DNA of 64,000 nucleotides from Bdellovibrionota bacterium (GTDB lineage Bacteria; Bdellovibrionota_G; JALEGL01; DATDPG01): NCBI GenBank assembly GCA_963668355.1, contig OY764265.1, positions 2,705,742 to 2,769,741 of the forward strand, read 5' to 3'. Shown piece by piece: positions 55,362 to 64,000 of this stretch (position 1 is its first letter; each line of letters starts with the position of its first letter). The notes under the pieces were generated by a model. It saw only the letters and a program-made list of their open reading frames with translations, ran no database searches and was not told where the DNA came from. The position numbers and the translations under genes were made by a program.

Positions 55362-55886
55362 ATGAAGAAATGGGTCGGCATATTTGGAGGCAGTTTTGAT
55401 CCCCCTCATTTGGGACACCTCCTGGCTGCGGTCTACGCCCTGAAGGTATTTGAATTCGATGAGGTCTGGCTCGTCCCGGCCTTCCGTCACGCATTCGCGA
55501 AAGACCTCTCTCCCTTCAAGCATCGGGTGGATATGTGCAAGCACCTAATGTTATCTCTCGGAAATCAGTTCAAAGTATCTGAAATTGAGAAAGAAACCGA
55601 CAGCGACGGAAAAATGCTTCTCACCCTTAAGGCTTTGAAAAAAAAGCATAAGGACAAAGCGTTTTCGCTGATTGTCGGATCTGACACGCTTAAAGATCGA
55701 GACCGCTGGTACAAGTTTGAAGAGATTGAAAACAGCTTCATGGTGTTCGTGGTCCCCCGAACCGGAAGCACCGATTCTCCCTTTGCCATTCCCAATATTT
55801 CGTCCACAGAAATCCGAAGTCGCCTAAAAAAAGGCCGCCCTTTGGGAGACCTCCTCACACCCGACGTAGCCGGTTTAGTAAAATAG
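55362..55886 (+). CDS. nadD: nicotinate-nucleotide adenylyltransferase
   Basis: Start MKKWVGIFGGSFDPPHLGHL with the (H/T)xGH motif. The longest ORF starts at 55203. Confidence 0.8.
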   Translation: MKKWVGIFGGSFDPPHLGHLLAAVYALKVFEFDEVWLVPAFRHAFAKDLSPFKHRVDMCKHLMLSLGNQFKVSEIEKETDSDGKMLLTLKALKKKHKDKAFSLIVGSDTLKDRDRWYKFEEIENSFMVFVVPRTGSTDSPFAIPNISSTEIRSRLKKGRPLGDLLTPDVAGLVK

Positions 55887-55888
55887 AC

Positions 55889-56395
55889 TTAAAACCTCGG
55901 ACCCCCTCTTTGAAACTGAAAAGACTTGGATTTCGGAAACCTCTTAATGTGCTTCATAATTCTCCGTATATTCTCTCCCTCAAAGAGCAAGGGCTTGGGG
56001 AAAAATAAAACGCCAGGATAAGAGGCCCGAAGTTTCCGGTCATATATAGGGTTTCCTAGCCGAGCACTTAAGACAATTACGGGCTTGTCCGGTTTCCAAG
56101 TCTTAAACCAATCTAGAAGCTTGAAACCTAAAAAGGGAGAGTCCGGGTGAAAACCGTTCTCTTCCAATTCTTTCGGGTGAAAAATCAGATCAACAAAGAC
56201 GACATCAAACAGAGCCAAATCCACATTTCCATTAAAAATGGGCTGAGGCGTCTCCAAATGAGATACGACCCAATCCTCCTGCACAAAGGCCATTGACTCA
56301 GCATTGAGGATATCGTCATCAATCACCAAAACCCGCAGACGACCCTCATCTTGACTCTCGCCACTCAAATTAAACGTCTTCAACACAGCTTTCAC
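55889..56395 (-). CDS. stand-alone receiver (REC) domain protein, paralog A
   Basis: VLVIDDD acidic pocket, candidate phospho-acceptor in DVVFVDL, then S (VLSARLG) and K (FPKP). 168 aa. Confidence 0.55.
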   Translation of the reverse strand: MKAVLKTFNLSGESQDEGRLRVLVIDDDILNAESMAFVQEDWVVSHLETPQPIFNGNVDLALFDVVFVDLIFHPKELEENGFHPDSPFLGFKLLDWFKTWKPDKPVIVLSARLGNPIYDRKLRASYPGVLFFPKPLLFEGENIRRIMKHIKRFPKSKSFQFQRGGPRF

Positions 56396-56421
56396 TTATT
56401 TCCAGCACTTAATGTGTAAAG

Positions 56422-56841
56422 TTAACTTATACGATAAATGGGCAGGGAGGTATATGAAAATCCGGGTCTTCGTTTTCGCAATACATGCGTGACCGTAAGA
56501 AGTTGAAATATTCGATAGATATTCTTTGGGTTTTGAACATGGAGATTGAACACAAACTCATGCCACAGATCCAGGCAGACCTGTTTCCAGATTCTCTCAC
56601 AAGTCAGATGATCCTCTTGGCTTGAAACACATGGAATCCAATTTTCCAAAAACACATCAAATGAGCTTCCCAAATCAAACTCATGACAAGCCCACTCCCG
56701 AACACCCGCCATACGTTTGGAAAGAAATAAACTCGAAAAAAAGTCGAAACCGCTCTCCCAATTTCGATAAAGCGAATTTCCATGAATCGAAAGAAAGAGT
56801 TCGTAAGAAGAAGGAAAAAACATATTCCAAAACGTTTCCAT
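56422..56841 (-). CDS. hypothetical protein
   Basis: 139-aa ORF in a visibly AT-richer stretch. No family recognised. Confidence 0.3.
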   Translation of the reverse strand: METFWNMFFPSSYELFLSIHGNSLYRNWESGFDFFSSLFLSKRMAGVREWACHEFDLGSSFDVFLENWIPCVSSQEDHLTCERIWKQVCLDLWHEFVFNLHVQNPKNIYRIFQLLTVTHVLRKRRPGFSYTSLPIYRIS

Positions 56842-56851
56842 AACTAAACAC

Positions 56852-57304
56852 TCACCTCTTCCTTTTGGAGAGAGATATTCGGGGAGTCTTTAAATACTTC
56901 TTCTTCATTTCTTCGACAGCCTCCCGCTTCATCAACCCAAAGAAACCCAGAAACATCGTTTGTTGCATTTCCGCGATCAACGGACCGAAGAGAACCGTCG
57001 CTTCCTTCTTGCGTCGCTGTTTCGACTCCTTGGACTCTTTCGGCAATCTTGGAATCTGAATTTCCACCGTGCCCAGGATATGATTCACGCGACACGCGGG
57101 TTCTTTCAATTGGGAAACTTCACGATGCTCAATGGTGTGCGAAAAGAAGGTCGTGATGTTGGCATCATGGGAAGGGTCTTGGAAATACTGCTTTCTCAAA
57201 AAGGCTGCCCAAGCATCCAACCCTTTAAAATCGCCCAGCGTACGTATCTCTACGGGAGAAGAGTGAGAAGCTGAGAAGTCAATCGGGAGCGAATCAAATT
57301 CCAT
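56852..57304 (-). CDS. hypothetical protein with Lys-rich C-terminus
   Basis: 150-aa ORF with no family recognised. Confidence 0.3.
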   Translation of the reverse strand: MEFDSLPIDFSASHSSPVEIRTLGDFKGLDAWAAFLRKQYFQDPSHDANITTFFSHTIEHREVSQLKEPACRVNHILGTVEIQIPRLPKESKESKQRRKKEATVLFGPLIAEMQQTMFLGFFGLMKREAVEEMKKKYLKTPRISLSKRKR

Positions 57305-57429
57305 AAATCATTTCCTTTGCCAACGCGGATTGTATTATAAAATAATACTATACACAAAGTTGTATTATCTTTTACTACATTCCCAAAACAACAAAGACGT
57401 CTGCAATATCAATATGATAAATTGAATAT

Positions 57430-57924
57430 GTGTCTCCGATTCGAAATCAAGCCCGGCTCACCGCAAAAATCGCGGCTCCTTATCGAAAAGCCCTTCAGGT
57501 CTTTTTGAAGAAAGCCTTTCCCACTTCAGATGACCAAAGACAACTGGCACAATCCCTGGATCGGTCTGTGGATACAATCCGAACCCTCATCTTTCAGGGA
57601 GAAGGTGGCTTGGATTTGGTCCTGGCCTGCCTCCACCACGCGATCGCTTCTACCAATGAAACAAAAATCAAACCCGATGATCTCATGCAAGCGTTTTCGG
57701 ATTTTCTGAAACGAAACGAAGAACCCACACCTTCGGATAAGTTGTTCAACCAGTGGAAAGAAAACTTATCCGAAGAAACTCTGTTCTTTTATATGAGCCT
57801 TTTCGACCTTCACATTCATATGATTGATGACTTCAACCGTAAGAAAACACGAAAGAAAAAGCTACGCCGTAGCGGTCCGGTCTTTTCCTCGTCCAAGCCT
57901 CTCCAAAATACGACCAAAGTTTGA
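57430..57924 (+). CDS. hypothetical protein (possible HTH-containing)
   Basis: 164-aa ORF whose 3' end overlaps the convergent REC paralog B by about 60 nt. Low confidence. Confidence 0.25.
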   Translation: MSPIRNQARLTAKIAAPYRKALQVFLKKAFPTSDDQRQLAQSLDRSVDTIRTLIFQGEGGLDLVLACLHHAIASTNETKIKPDDLMQAFSDFLKRNEEPTPSDKLFNQWKENLSEETLFFYMSLFDLHIHMIDDFNRKKTRKKKLRRSGPVFSSSKPLQNTTKV

Positions 57925-58341
57925 ATCCGAAAAATCCATCGGTTTCCCAAAACACACAACTTCCGGGAAACGAATCTGGAATTGTTTAACCTCGTCTGCG
58001 TTGGCCAACAAAGCACTCATCGCCACCACCGGTTTCTGAGGAGAATTTTCGCGAAACCAATGTAAAACCTTACATCCAAGGTGAGGCGTGCTGGGTTCAA
58101 ATTTATTCTGTGTCAACTCAACGGCATTGAACACCAAATCCACAATCACTAAATCGAAAACAGAAACATCGACTTGCCCATCGAACAGCGGCTGCGGGCT
58201 ACTCAGACTTGAAATAACCCACTGATCCTGGCAAAGAGCAAGAGCCTCGGCTTGATCCACCTCATCATCAATGAACAAAACATTCAAAGAGGCTCTGGTT
58301 TTGGGATCTTTCCGTTGCGTATAATCAAAGACTTTCAACAT
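57862..58341 (-). CDS. stand-alone receiver (REC) domain protein, paralog B
   Basis: VLFIDDEVDQAEALALCQDQWVISSLSSPQPLFDGQVDVSVFDLVIVDL aligns with paralog A. Start taken at MLKVFDY. Lies 10 nt upstream of the hybrid kinase gene. Confidence 0.55.
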   Translation of the reverse strand: MLKVFDYTQRKDPKTRASLNVLFIDDEVDQAEALALCQDQWVISSLSSPQPLFDGQVDVSVFDLVIVDLVFNAVELTQNKFEPSTPHLGCKVLHWFRENSPQKPVVAMSALLANADEVKQFQIRFPEVVCFGKPMDFSDSNFGRILERLGRGKDRTATA

Positions 58342-58351
58342 AACCGAGCCT

Positions 58352-61300
58352 TCAAGCCTCCATACTTCGTTCAGCACCTCGGAAAATGAACTTCTTTGCC
58401 CCTTTAATATCCGGAGCCTCTTTGGGAACCGTGATCGAAAACGTCGTTCCTCGGCCCGGTGCGGATTCTACACGAATCTCCCCTTCAAAAAGGTTTTCGA
58501 TGATGTCCTGACAAATGAAGAGTCCCAGACCGGTCCCCTCACCTGCCGGTTTTGTGCTTTCAAAAGGATCAAATACTTTTTCCAAAAATGCTTCTGGAAT
58601 TCCTTGCCCATGATCCTGAACCGAAATTCGGGCCCGCGTTCCCTGTTCAGAGACCTTCACCTGAATGGGTCCCCCTCCATCTTCGGTGGCATACAAACCA
58701 TTGTCCACCAAGTTGACCACGACTTGCATAATGGGAGCATAACCAAAAATCTTCACCTCCGGCCCCTCTTCCAAAAGTAAATCCACTCCCTTGGTTTTGG
58801 ACTTCTTCCGCAAAAGCGTGAAAGCATCCTCAACCATCTCTCGAAGATTGATTTCCGTACGTTCGATAGATCCGGAGGCATACGACTGCATGCTCGTAAT
58901 GATATGACTTAAACGATCCGCTCCCTGTTGAGCAGTATTCCCAGCATTCAGCAAACGCTCCGCCTCCACCAAGGCTGCCTTCAAATCAAACGACTCGCCC
59001 TCTTGTGACATTCGTTCATGGAGAGATTTTAAGCGCTTTCGAACCCCCGAAAGATGATTTCTCAACGAATGAAGAGGATTTTTCATTTCATGAGCCAGCC
59101 CCGTTGACATGAGACCCAATGTCACAAGCTTGTCGGCATTGCTGAGGCGCTTGAACATCAACGAACGATCCACCTGCCCCTTCACCCGAGCCACCAGAAC
59201 TTCTTGTGCAAAAGGCTTGGTCACATAGTCATTGGCTCCCAGCTTTAAATGCTCCGTGACATCTGAGTCTTCCCCTTTGGACGTAAGCATGATGACCGGA
59301 ATTCGGACATATTCTGAGTTCTCGCGAATCGCCTTGAGGAATTCCGTGCCATTCATCACCGGCATCATGATGTCCGACAAAATGCAATCGACCTTGGTAT
59401 CTTTCAAAAGCTCCAAAGCCTCTTTTCCATTGGGTCCAAAAAAGACATTGAATTTGCCTTGAAGCGCATGAAGAATGACTTGCGCTACATCCGGGTTATC
59501 CTCCGCCACCAACACATTGGGAAGCTCAGCATTAATTTCGGGCGGCGTTTTCGGGGGATAGACCACATCCAAAGAACCCGCAAACCTCTCCGGATCAGTT
59601 TTTTCCAGTTTATACTCTGAGTCCTTCGGGACCAAATCCACATTCTGACTCAAAGGAAGCGCGATCACGAATTTCGAACCACCCAACTCCGAGTCCTCAA
59701 TCCAAATTTGGCCATTGTGAAGCTCCACAATCTCCTTCACAAAAGATAGGCCGATGCCGCTACCGCCATGCGATTTAATGTCCGTGGCCACGCTTTGGTA
59801 ATAACGATTGAAGACCTGATGCCTTTCCTCCGGAGAGATTCCAGGCCCGGAATCCTCAATATCAAAAAAGATACGGGCCATATTCGTACGAATCGTGACC
59901 CGAATGTTCCCTTGATCACAAAATTTGATGGCGTTTCCCAAGACATTGTCAATCACCCTTTGCATTTGGATTGGATCCAACGGGACGAGCAAACCGGACA
60001 CCTCTTGAGCACGAAATTCGAAGCTCAGACCTTTTTGAGCACAAGCGACATCATAGCCCGAAACCCATTCCTCAAGGGCCGAACCCACCTTCACATTTTC
60101 CCATTTAAGCTTTAAGCCCCGCGATTCTGCCCGAACCGTATCCAAAAGCTGCTGAATCATGCCCAAAAGCTTGATGAGATTTCTCTTCGCGGGCTTTAAA
60201 ACCTCTTGAACTCCCTCACCCGCAGAATTCAAAACCCCCAAAGCCACCGTCAAAGGCGTCTTAAAATCGTGCGACACATTGGCAAAAAACTGCTGCTTCA
60301 TTTTATCCATCGCCCGCAGCTCCTCATTCGCCGCCTTCAAATCCTGCGTCCGCAAATTCACCTGCTCCTCAACATAAACAAACGCATCGGCAGACTCTTT
60401 TGCTAGAGCCAGGGCACTCGCCCCCACAAAAGCGAAAAAACCATATGGAATCAAATAAGGAGCGCCTTCTAAACCAAGACTTGTAACAAACGCATCATGG
60501 GAAATTGAAAAAACGAACGCTGAGTAACCAACTCCGTAACGCCACAAATTCCGGTTTTTTATCCAAACTCGTAAAAAACAGATGTATCCAATAAGAAAGC
60601 AAAGAATTAAAATTGAAAACCAGCCTTCATAAAAGCGATAAACTTCATGAAAGCTGCTCTCAGCCACACCACCAATTCCAGCAATCCCACCTCCAAGAAT
60701 CGCCGTAAAAAGGAGCCATTTTGGAATGGCCTTCATTCGAACACGAAGAAATGTCAAAAAAACCACTGAACCTAGAATTGCATTTATGAGATGAATCTTC
60801 ATTACGAGAGAAAGATTTCCAAAAGATCGAAAGGGCCATGCACTAATCATTAAGATATAAACCGCGATACTTCCTGCACAAAGAGCGAAAACACCGTGTT
60901 CCTTCCGTTCCGGAAGCAAAACAAATACAAACAAATAGTAAAAGGCCACACCAAGAAGAAGAACCGATAACATTCGAAAATAGCCAAAACGAAACCACTC
61001 GATTCGACTAATGATCGGTGTGAGGACTTCTGCTTCACCAATTCCTATGGGTCCAGCATATAACCCAGCGTTGTTAGCACCCCTCTTCCAAATATGGATC
61101 TCAAGTTTGTTTATCTTATTGATCCGACAATTTTTTGGGATTTCATAAGCCCGCAAAGCTCCCCACCACCAGCCACTAAGACTTCCTGTGCTGGAAACTC
61201 CGGTACTTCCTATTTCGCATGAATTGAGAAAAACCCGGTCGGAATCTGCCACCCTTCCCAAAACTATGACTGGCCTACGAACGTCATTAAATTTCGAAGA

Positions 61301-61555
61301 ACTAACATCTTTGGAAAGAATCCATTCCCGCTCCTTTCCAAACTGTTCTTTTCCACGAAAGTCTTCAGGAATAACAACATTTGTTCCCAGAACCTCACCA
61401 GACGAAGTTGAAACTTCCCAATCGGCACTTTCCAGAGGGTCGATTGCCTTTCGCAACTCACCTTCAGAAAAAGAAAGCCAAATCCGAGGTAGAAAAAGGA
61501 AAAAAAGGACGAGCCAAAATAGGACATCAATAATTAGATTGCGTTTTTTTCTCAT
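58352..61555 (-). CDS. 7TMR-DISM hybrid sensor histidine kinase: periplasmic 7TMR-DISMED2, 7TM, HisKA-HATPase, REC, then a second HisKA-HATPase
   Basis: 1067 aa. Signal or TM1 plus a ~180-aa extracytoplasmic domain, seven hydrophobic helices, H-box SHDFKTP, G-boxes (GGSGIGL, and GTGLGL in the second core), REC with D in ILSDIMMP, and a second H-box LAHEMKNP. Confidence 0.85.
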   Translation of the reverse strand: MRKKRNLIIDVLFWLVLFFLFLPRIWLSFSEGELRKAIDPLESADWEVSTSSGEVLGTNVVIPEDFRGKEQFGKEREWILSKDVSSSKFNDVRRPVIVLGRVADSDRVFLNSCEIGSTGVSSTGSLSGWWWGALRAYEIPKNCRINKINKLEIHIWKRGANNAGLYAGPIGIGEAEVLTPIISRIEWFRFGYFRMLSVLLLGVAFYYLFVFVLLPERKEHGVFALCAGSIAVYILMISAWPFRSFGNLSLVMKIHLINAILGSVVFLTFLRVRMKAIPKWLLFTAILGGGIAGIGGVAESSFHEVYRFYEGWFSILILCFLIGYICFLRVWIKNRNLWRYGVGYSAFVFSISHDAFVTSLGLEGAPYLIPYGFFAFVGASALALAKESADAFVYVEEQVNLRTQDLKAANEELRAMDKMKQQFFANVSHDFKTPLTVALGVLNSAGEGVQEVLKPAKRNLIKLLGMIQQLLDTVRAESRGLKLKWENVKVGSALEEWVSGYDVACAQKGLSFEFRAQEVSGLLVPLDPIQMQRVIDNVLGNAIKFCDQGNIRVTIRTNMARIFFDIEDSGPGISPEERHQVFNRYYQSVATDIKSHGGSGIGLSFVKEIVELHNGQIWIEDSELGGSKFVIALPLSQNVDLVPKDSEYKLEKTDPERFAGSLDVVYPPKTPPEINAELPNVLVAEDNPDVAQVILHALQGKFNVFFGPNGKEALELLKDTKVDCILSDIMMPVMNGTEFLKAIRENSEYVRIPVIMLTSKGEDSDVTEHLKLGANDYVTKPFAQEVLVARVKGQVDRSLMFKRLSNADKLVTLGLMSTGLAHEMKNPLHSLRNHLSGVRKRLKSLHERMSQEGESFDLKAALVEAERLLNAGNTAQQGADRLSHIITSMQSYASGSIERTEINLREMVEDAFTLLRKKSKTKGVDLLLEEGPEVKIFGYAPIMQVVVNLVDNGLYATEDGGGPIQVKVSEQGTRARISVQDHGQGIPEAFLEKVFDPFESTKPAGEGTGLGLFICQDIIENLFEGEIRVESAPGRGTTFSITVPKEAPDIKGAKKFIFRGAERSMEA

Positions 61556-61782
61556 ATGCCTGCAATTTGCATGGTTTTATGTAAACACAAACTATACTTA
61601 GATTTATTTTAATTGACCGGAATTTCTCAATTTTTTGGAATATTTTGAAAGAGACCAATGTCACAAATTGGTTGAGACTTAGAGATCCCAGTCATGACTT
61701 TCCTGTTTTTTCATGCTAATGATTACAATAGGTTATCCAGTTTTTTTTTGGCACGAAACTTGGGTAAATAAAAGCACCAAAT

Positions 61783-63915
61783 ATGTCGACGGTAGAACAT
61801 AGGGACTCTCCAAGAATTTCACCAAAATCGGCTTTGAGCGCTCAAGTTTTGTTGGAATCAGGGCACCTCGTCTTAGGGGACGTTCTCAATTGTTCCAATT
61901 CGGGCTTTGGTCTCTCTATTCCTCTAACGAACAAAACTCGCAACCTGGTCCGGGGTAGATATCCCCAAAACACCCCTCAAGCAAAAATCCAGATTTATAA
62001 GGACGAGAATGTCATTCTGGACGGAATGTGCCTTATTCGACATGGATCTCTTTCCAAAAAGAAAGCAATCAATTCGGAGGACGATGCGGCTATTTTAGGC
62101 GTGAGCTTAGTCAGAAACCCTTCTCCAGATATAAACAATGTTCATTTCACTACTAAAACACCTGAAATTGATATCATTGATTCTAAGGAGAGGATAAATG
62201 AAGTCTTTGTCGACTTTTTCGGACTTGAACAGTCGGCCGCGTCTCTTCACATAGAAGGATCAAACAGTATTCAGGGGACTTTTTCATGTGATGAACTCTC
62301 AAAAACCGTTTCGAAAATCTGTTTTCAAACAAAGAATAATATTCTCGCGTCTGAAAAACCGGGGAAAAACCTTCGGTTTTCTTTTGAGATGTTCCGATCC
62401 TTCTACATCTTCGATTCGAAAATAGTAGCCAAAAGCAATAATCGTCTAGAAGTCAGAATCCCCTCTACTGTTATCAGGGTCACAAGAAGGATTACTTCTC
62501 GCGTAAGCCCTCGTGACAATGAGGTCTTTGAGCTAAGCATTGAAGACGGTTTAACGGAAAGCAGAGTGTATGGAAAAATACTTAACTTGACGGAACGAGG
62601 GTTCTCCGTACTGCTTCAGAACAAATCTCCCATCTACGCGCCAGGTTTTCATTTAAAAAACGTTAGGTTCAACCTACCAAAAGCGGAGTCCTTCACAGTA
62701 AATGCCATTGTCGTTCATTGTTCTTCAACAGATGAAGGTCTGGTGCTTCTCCAGGCTAGCCTAAATAATAATGAGCGAAAAAATTTAATGCCTTTATTTA
62801 ATTTTGTTGTCGAACGAAGATATGACACAACCAGTCAGCTAACTCGAATCCAATACGAAAAACTTTGGTTCCTTTTTGCTGACTCTGGATACACGGATCT
62901 TTGTGAGCCCGAAGCAGCCAAATTCATGAAATCGACAGCTGAATCAACCTGGAGTTCCATGGAAAAGAGCCCCGACTTACTTGCAAGAAATGTCGCTGTA
63001 GATCAGGACGGAAGAGCTTTAGCAGCAGGGCTTCACATTACGAGGATATTCTCTGATAGCTGGCTTATCCACCATCTGGCCATCCTCAAAGGACATCAAA
63101 GAACAGCCACGCCACAGCTATTCGGTGCAATGTGTGACTATCTCATACAAACAGGTGCCAAATACGTAATTTCTTATACGAAGGCCGGGGAAGCTTGGAG
63201 CGAGAAAAATTACTATGCTTTTGCTAGAGAATACCCAAGCATTGACGTCAATTTCATCGAATCCTACCAAGTGCTTCAGTTTCCTCTTTTGACAAAGAAT
63301 CAAACGTTGAGCCCTTCTACAAACATTACAATTCGAGAAGGAACCCAATGGGATAAGAAGAGAATCGCAAAGTTCCTATCTCAAACAGAATCGCCCCTAT
63401 GGCTAAAGGCTTTTGACCTTTTAGAAAACACAATCGATCTCTCCGACATCAGTTCAAAATATGAAGCCGCGGGTCTTCAGAGGAACCGAACATTTTTCAT
63501 TGCTGAAACAAACCGAAAGATGGTGGCCTTTGCGATGTGCGACATTGCTACCACTGGCGTGAATATTTGGAGTCTCACCGATAATTTCCGAGTTTTTGTA
63601 GTAGATCCCCTCCACCCTAAGCTGGAGGAAGCTAAAAGGAATCTGACAATTCAGGCATTAAACTTCTATAGAAACGCCGGAAAACCTCTAGGCCTTTGTT
63701 TTTCCAAGGATACTTCCTTCAAGTATTTAAAGGGAATCGAGTGGGTCGAGTTTGAGAAAACTTCCCTCTGGGTCACCACTGATCAAATGGTTCCCAGGTA
63801 CCGTCAATATAATGCTCAAGTCTTTGGAAGAATCATGGCAAAAACGCGAATGAGAAAAAAAGCTGCAGAAAAACGGCGAAAAATAATTGGTTCAGTCGTA
63901 GAATCAAAAAAATGA
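61783..63915 (+). CDS. tandem PilZ-domain protein with a ~400-aa C-terminal domain of unknown function (candidate c-di-GMP effector)
   Basis: PilZ 1 has RDSPR (RxxxR) and NCSNSG ((D/N)xSxxG). PilZ 2 has RITSR and NLTERG. The C-terminal half is unassigned. Confidence 0.6.
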   Translation: MSTVEHRDSPRISPKSALSAQVLLESGHLVLGDVLNCSNSGFGLSIPLTNKTRNLVRGRYPQNTPQAKIQIYKDENVILDGMCLIRHGSLSKKKAINSEDDAAILGVSLVRNPSPDINNVHFTTKTPEIDIIDSKERINEVFVDFFGLEQSAASLHIEGSNSIQGTFSCDELSKTVSKICFQTKNNILASEKPGKNLRFSFEMFRSFYIFDSKIVAKSNNRLEVRIPSTVIRVTRRITSRVSPRDNEVFELSIEDGLTESRVYGKILNLTERGFSVLLQNKSPIYAPGFHLKNVRFNLPKAESFTVNAIVVHCSSTDEGLVLLQASLNNNERKNLMPLFNFVVERRYDTTSQLTRIQYEKLWFLFADSGYTDLCEPEAAKFMKSTAESTWSSMEKSPDLLARNVAVDQDGRALAAGLHITRIFSDSWLIHHLAILKGHQRTATPQLFGAMCDYLIQTGAKYVISYTKAGEAWSEKNYYAFAREYPSIDVNFIESYQVLQFPLLTKNQTLSPSTNITIREGTQWDKKRIAKFLSQTESPLWLKAFDLLENTIDLSDISSKYEAAGLQRNRTFFIAETNRKMVAFAMCDIATTGVNIWSLTDNFRVFVVDPLHPKLEEAKRNLTIQALNFYRNAGKPLGLCFSKDTSFKYLKGIEWVEFEKTSLWVTTDQMVPRYRQYNAQVFGRIMAKTRMRKKAAEKRRKIIGSVVESKK

Positions 63916-64000
63916 TTTTGCGCTTTGCTCAAACCATATTTCTAATCCTACTATTTTTTGTGCTCCCGACTCTCCCTCGGCTGGAAGTCGTGTTTTCTCC

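Noticed and set aside
61561-61571. 5-1-5 palindrome tgcaa-t-ttgca immediately upstream of the hybrid kinase start codon
   Set aside because: It is too short to separate from chance in an AT-rich divergent promoter region. It is not called as an operator.
1-64000. CRISPR arrays, rRNA genes, IS elements/transposases and restriction-modification or other recognisable defence genes
   Set aside because: No regularly spaced short direct repeats, no transposase-like or integrase-like ORFs, and no rRNA-like conserved stretches were seen on either strand.

Overview
This 64 kb window is a gene-dense bacterial chromosomal segment, about 50% GC by eye and about 90% coding, with no rRNA genes and no CRISPR array. 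Most of it is recognisable housekeeping: a pterin/folate cluster (folK, folB, a PTR1/FolM-like SDR, a PTPS/QueD-like gene, folE), the glycine-cleavage operon fused to folD (folD-gcvT-gcvH-gcvPA-gcvPB), a cell-division-associated cluster (maf-yggS-divIVA-DUF167), and single genes for DNA repair, phospholipid synthesis, RNA processing and amino-acid metabolism (nth, polX, uvrC, comEC, truA, asd, pssA, psd, proC, pepA, der, rnc, a MiaB/MtaB-family methylthiotransferase, nadD, rsmI, rng, acyP). One tRNA-Val(CAC) gene lies at 34147-34221 on the minus strand. Several regions are not explained by housekeeping. The strongest is a 1729-aa signal-peptide-bearing giant ORF with no recognisable domain, an internal duplicated ~130-aa Cys/His module and a central cluster of hydrophobic helices; it sits directly upstream of tRNA-Val next to a ~145-bp tandem duplication that carries a truncated tRNA 3' end. 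Others are an 864-aa beta-propeller/Fn3 surface protein that continues in frame into a C-terminal beta-barrel with its own signal-peptide-like segment; a signalling block at 55.9-63.9 kb (two paralogous stand-alone receiver proteins, a 7TMR-DISM hybrid histidine kinase with two kinase cores, a tandem-PilZ protein); a translationally coupled HEAT-repeat/HD-GYP pair; three tandem Cys-rich lipoprotein paralogs; a Tam41/Mmp37-like gene; a promoter+terminator-delimited candidate sRNA; and an unannotated 35-aa lysine-rich ORF. The taxon cannot be fixed from sequence alone. Split gcvP, a MYXO-CTERM-like sorting motif and many c-di-GMP genes hint weakly at a deltaproteobacterial or Bdellovibrio-like lineage, which is inference only.
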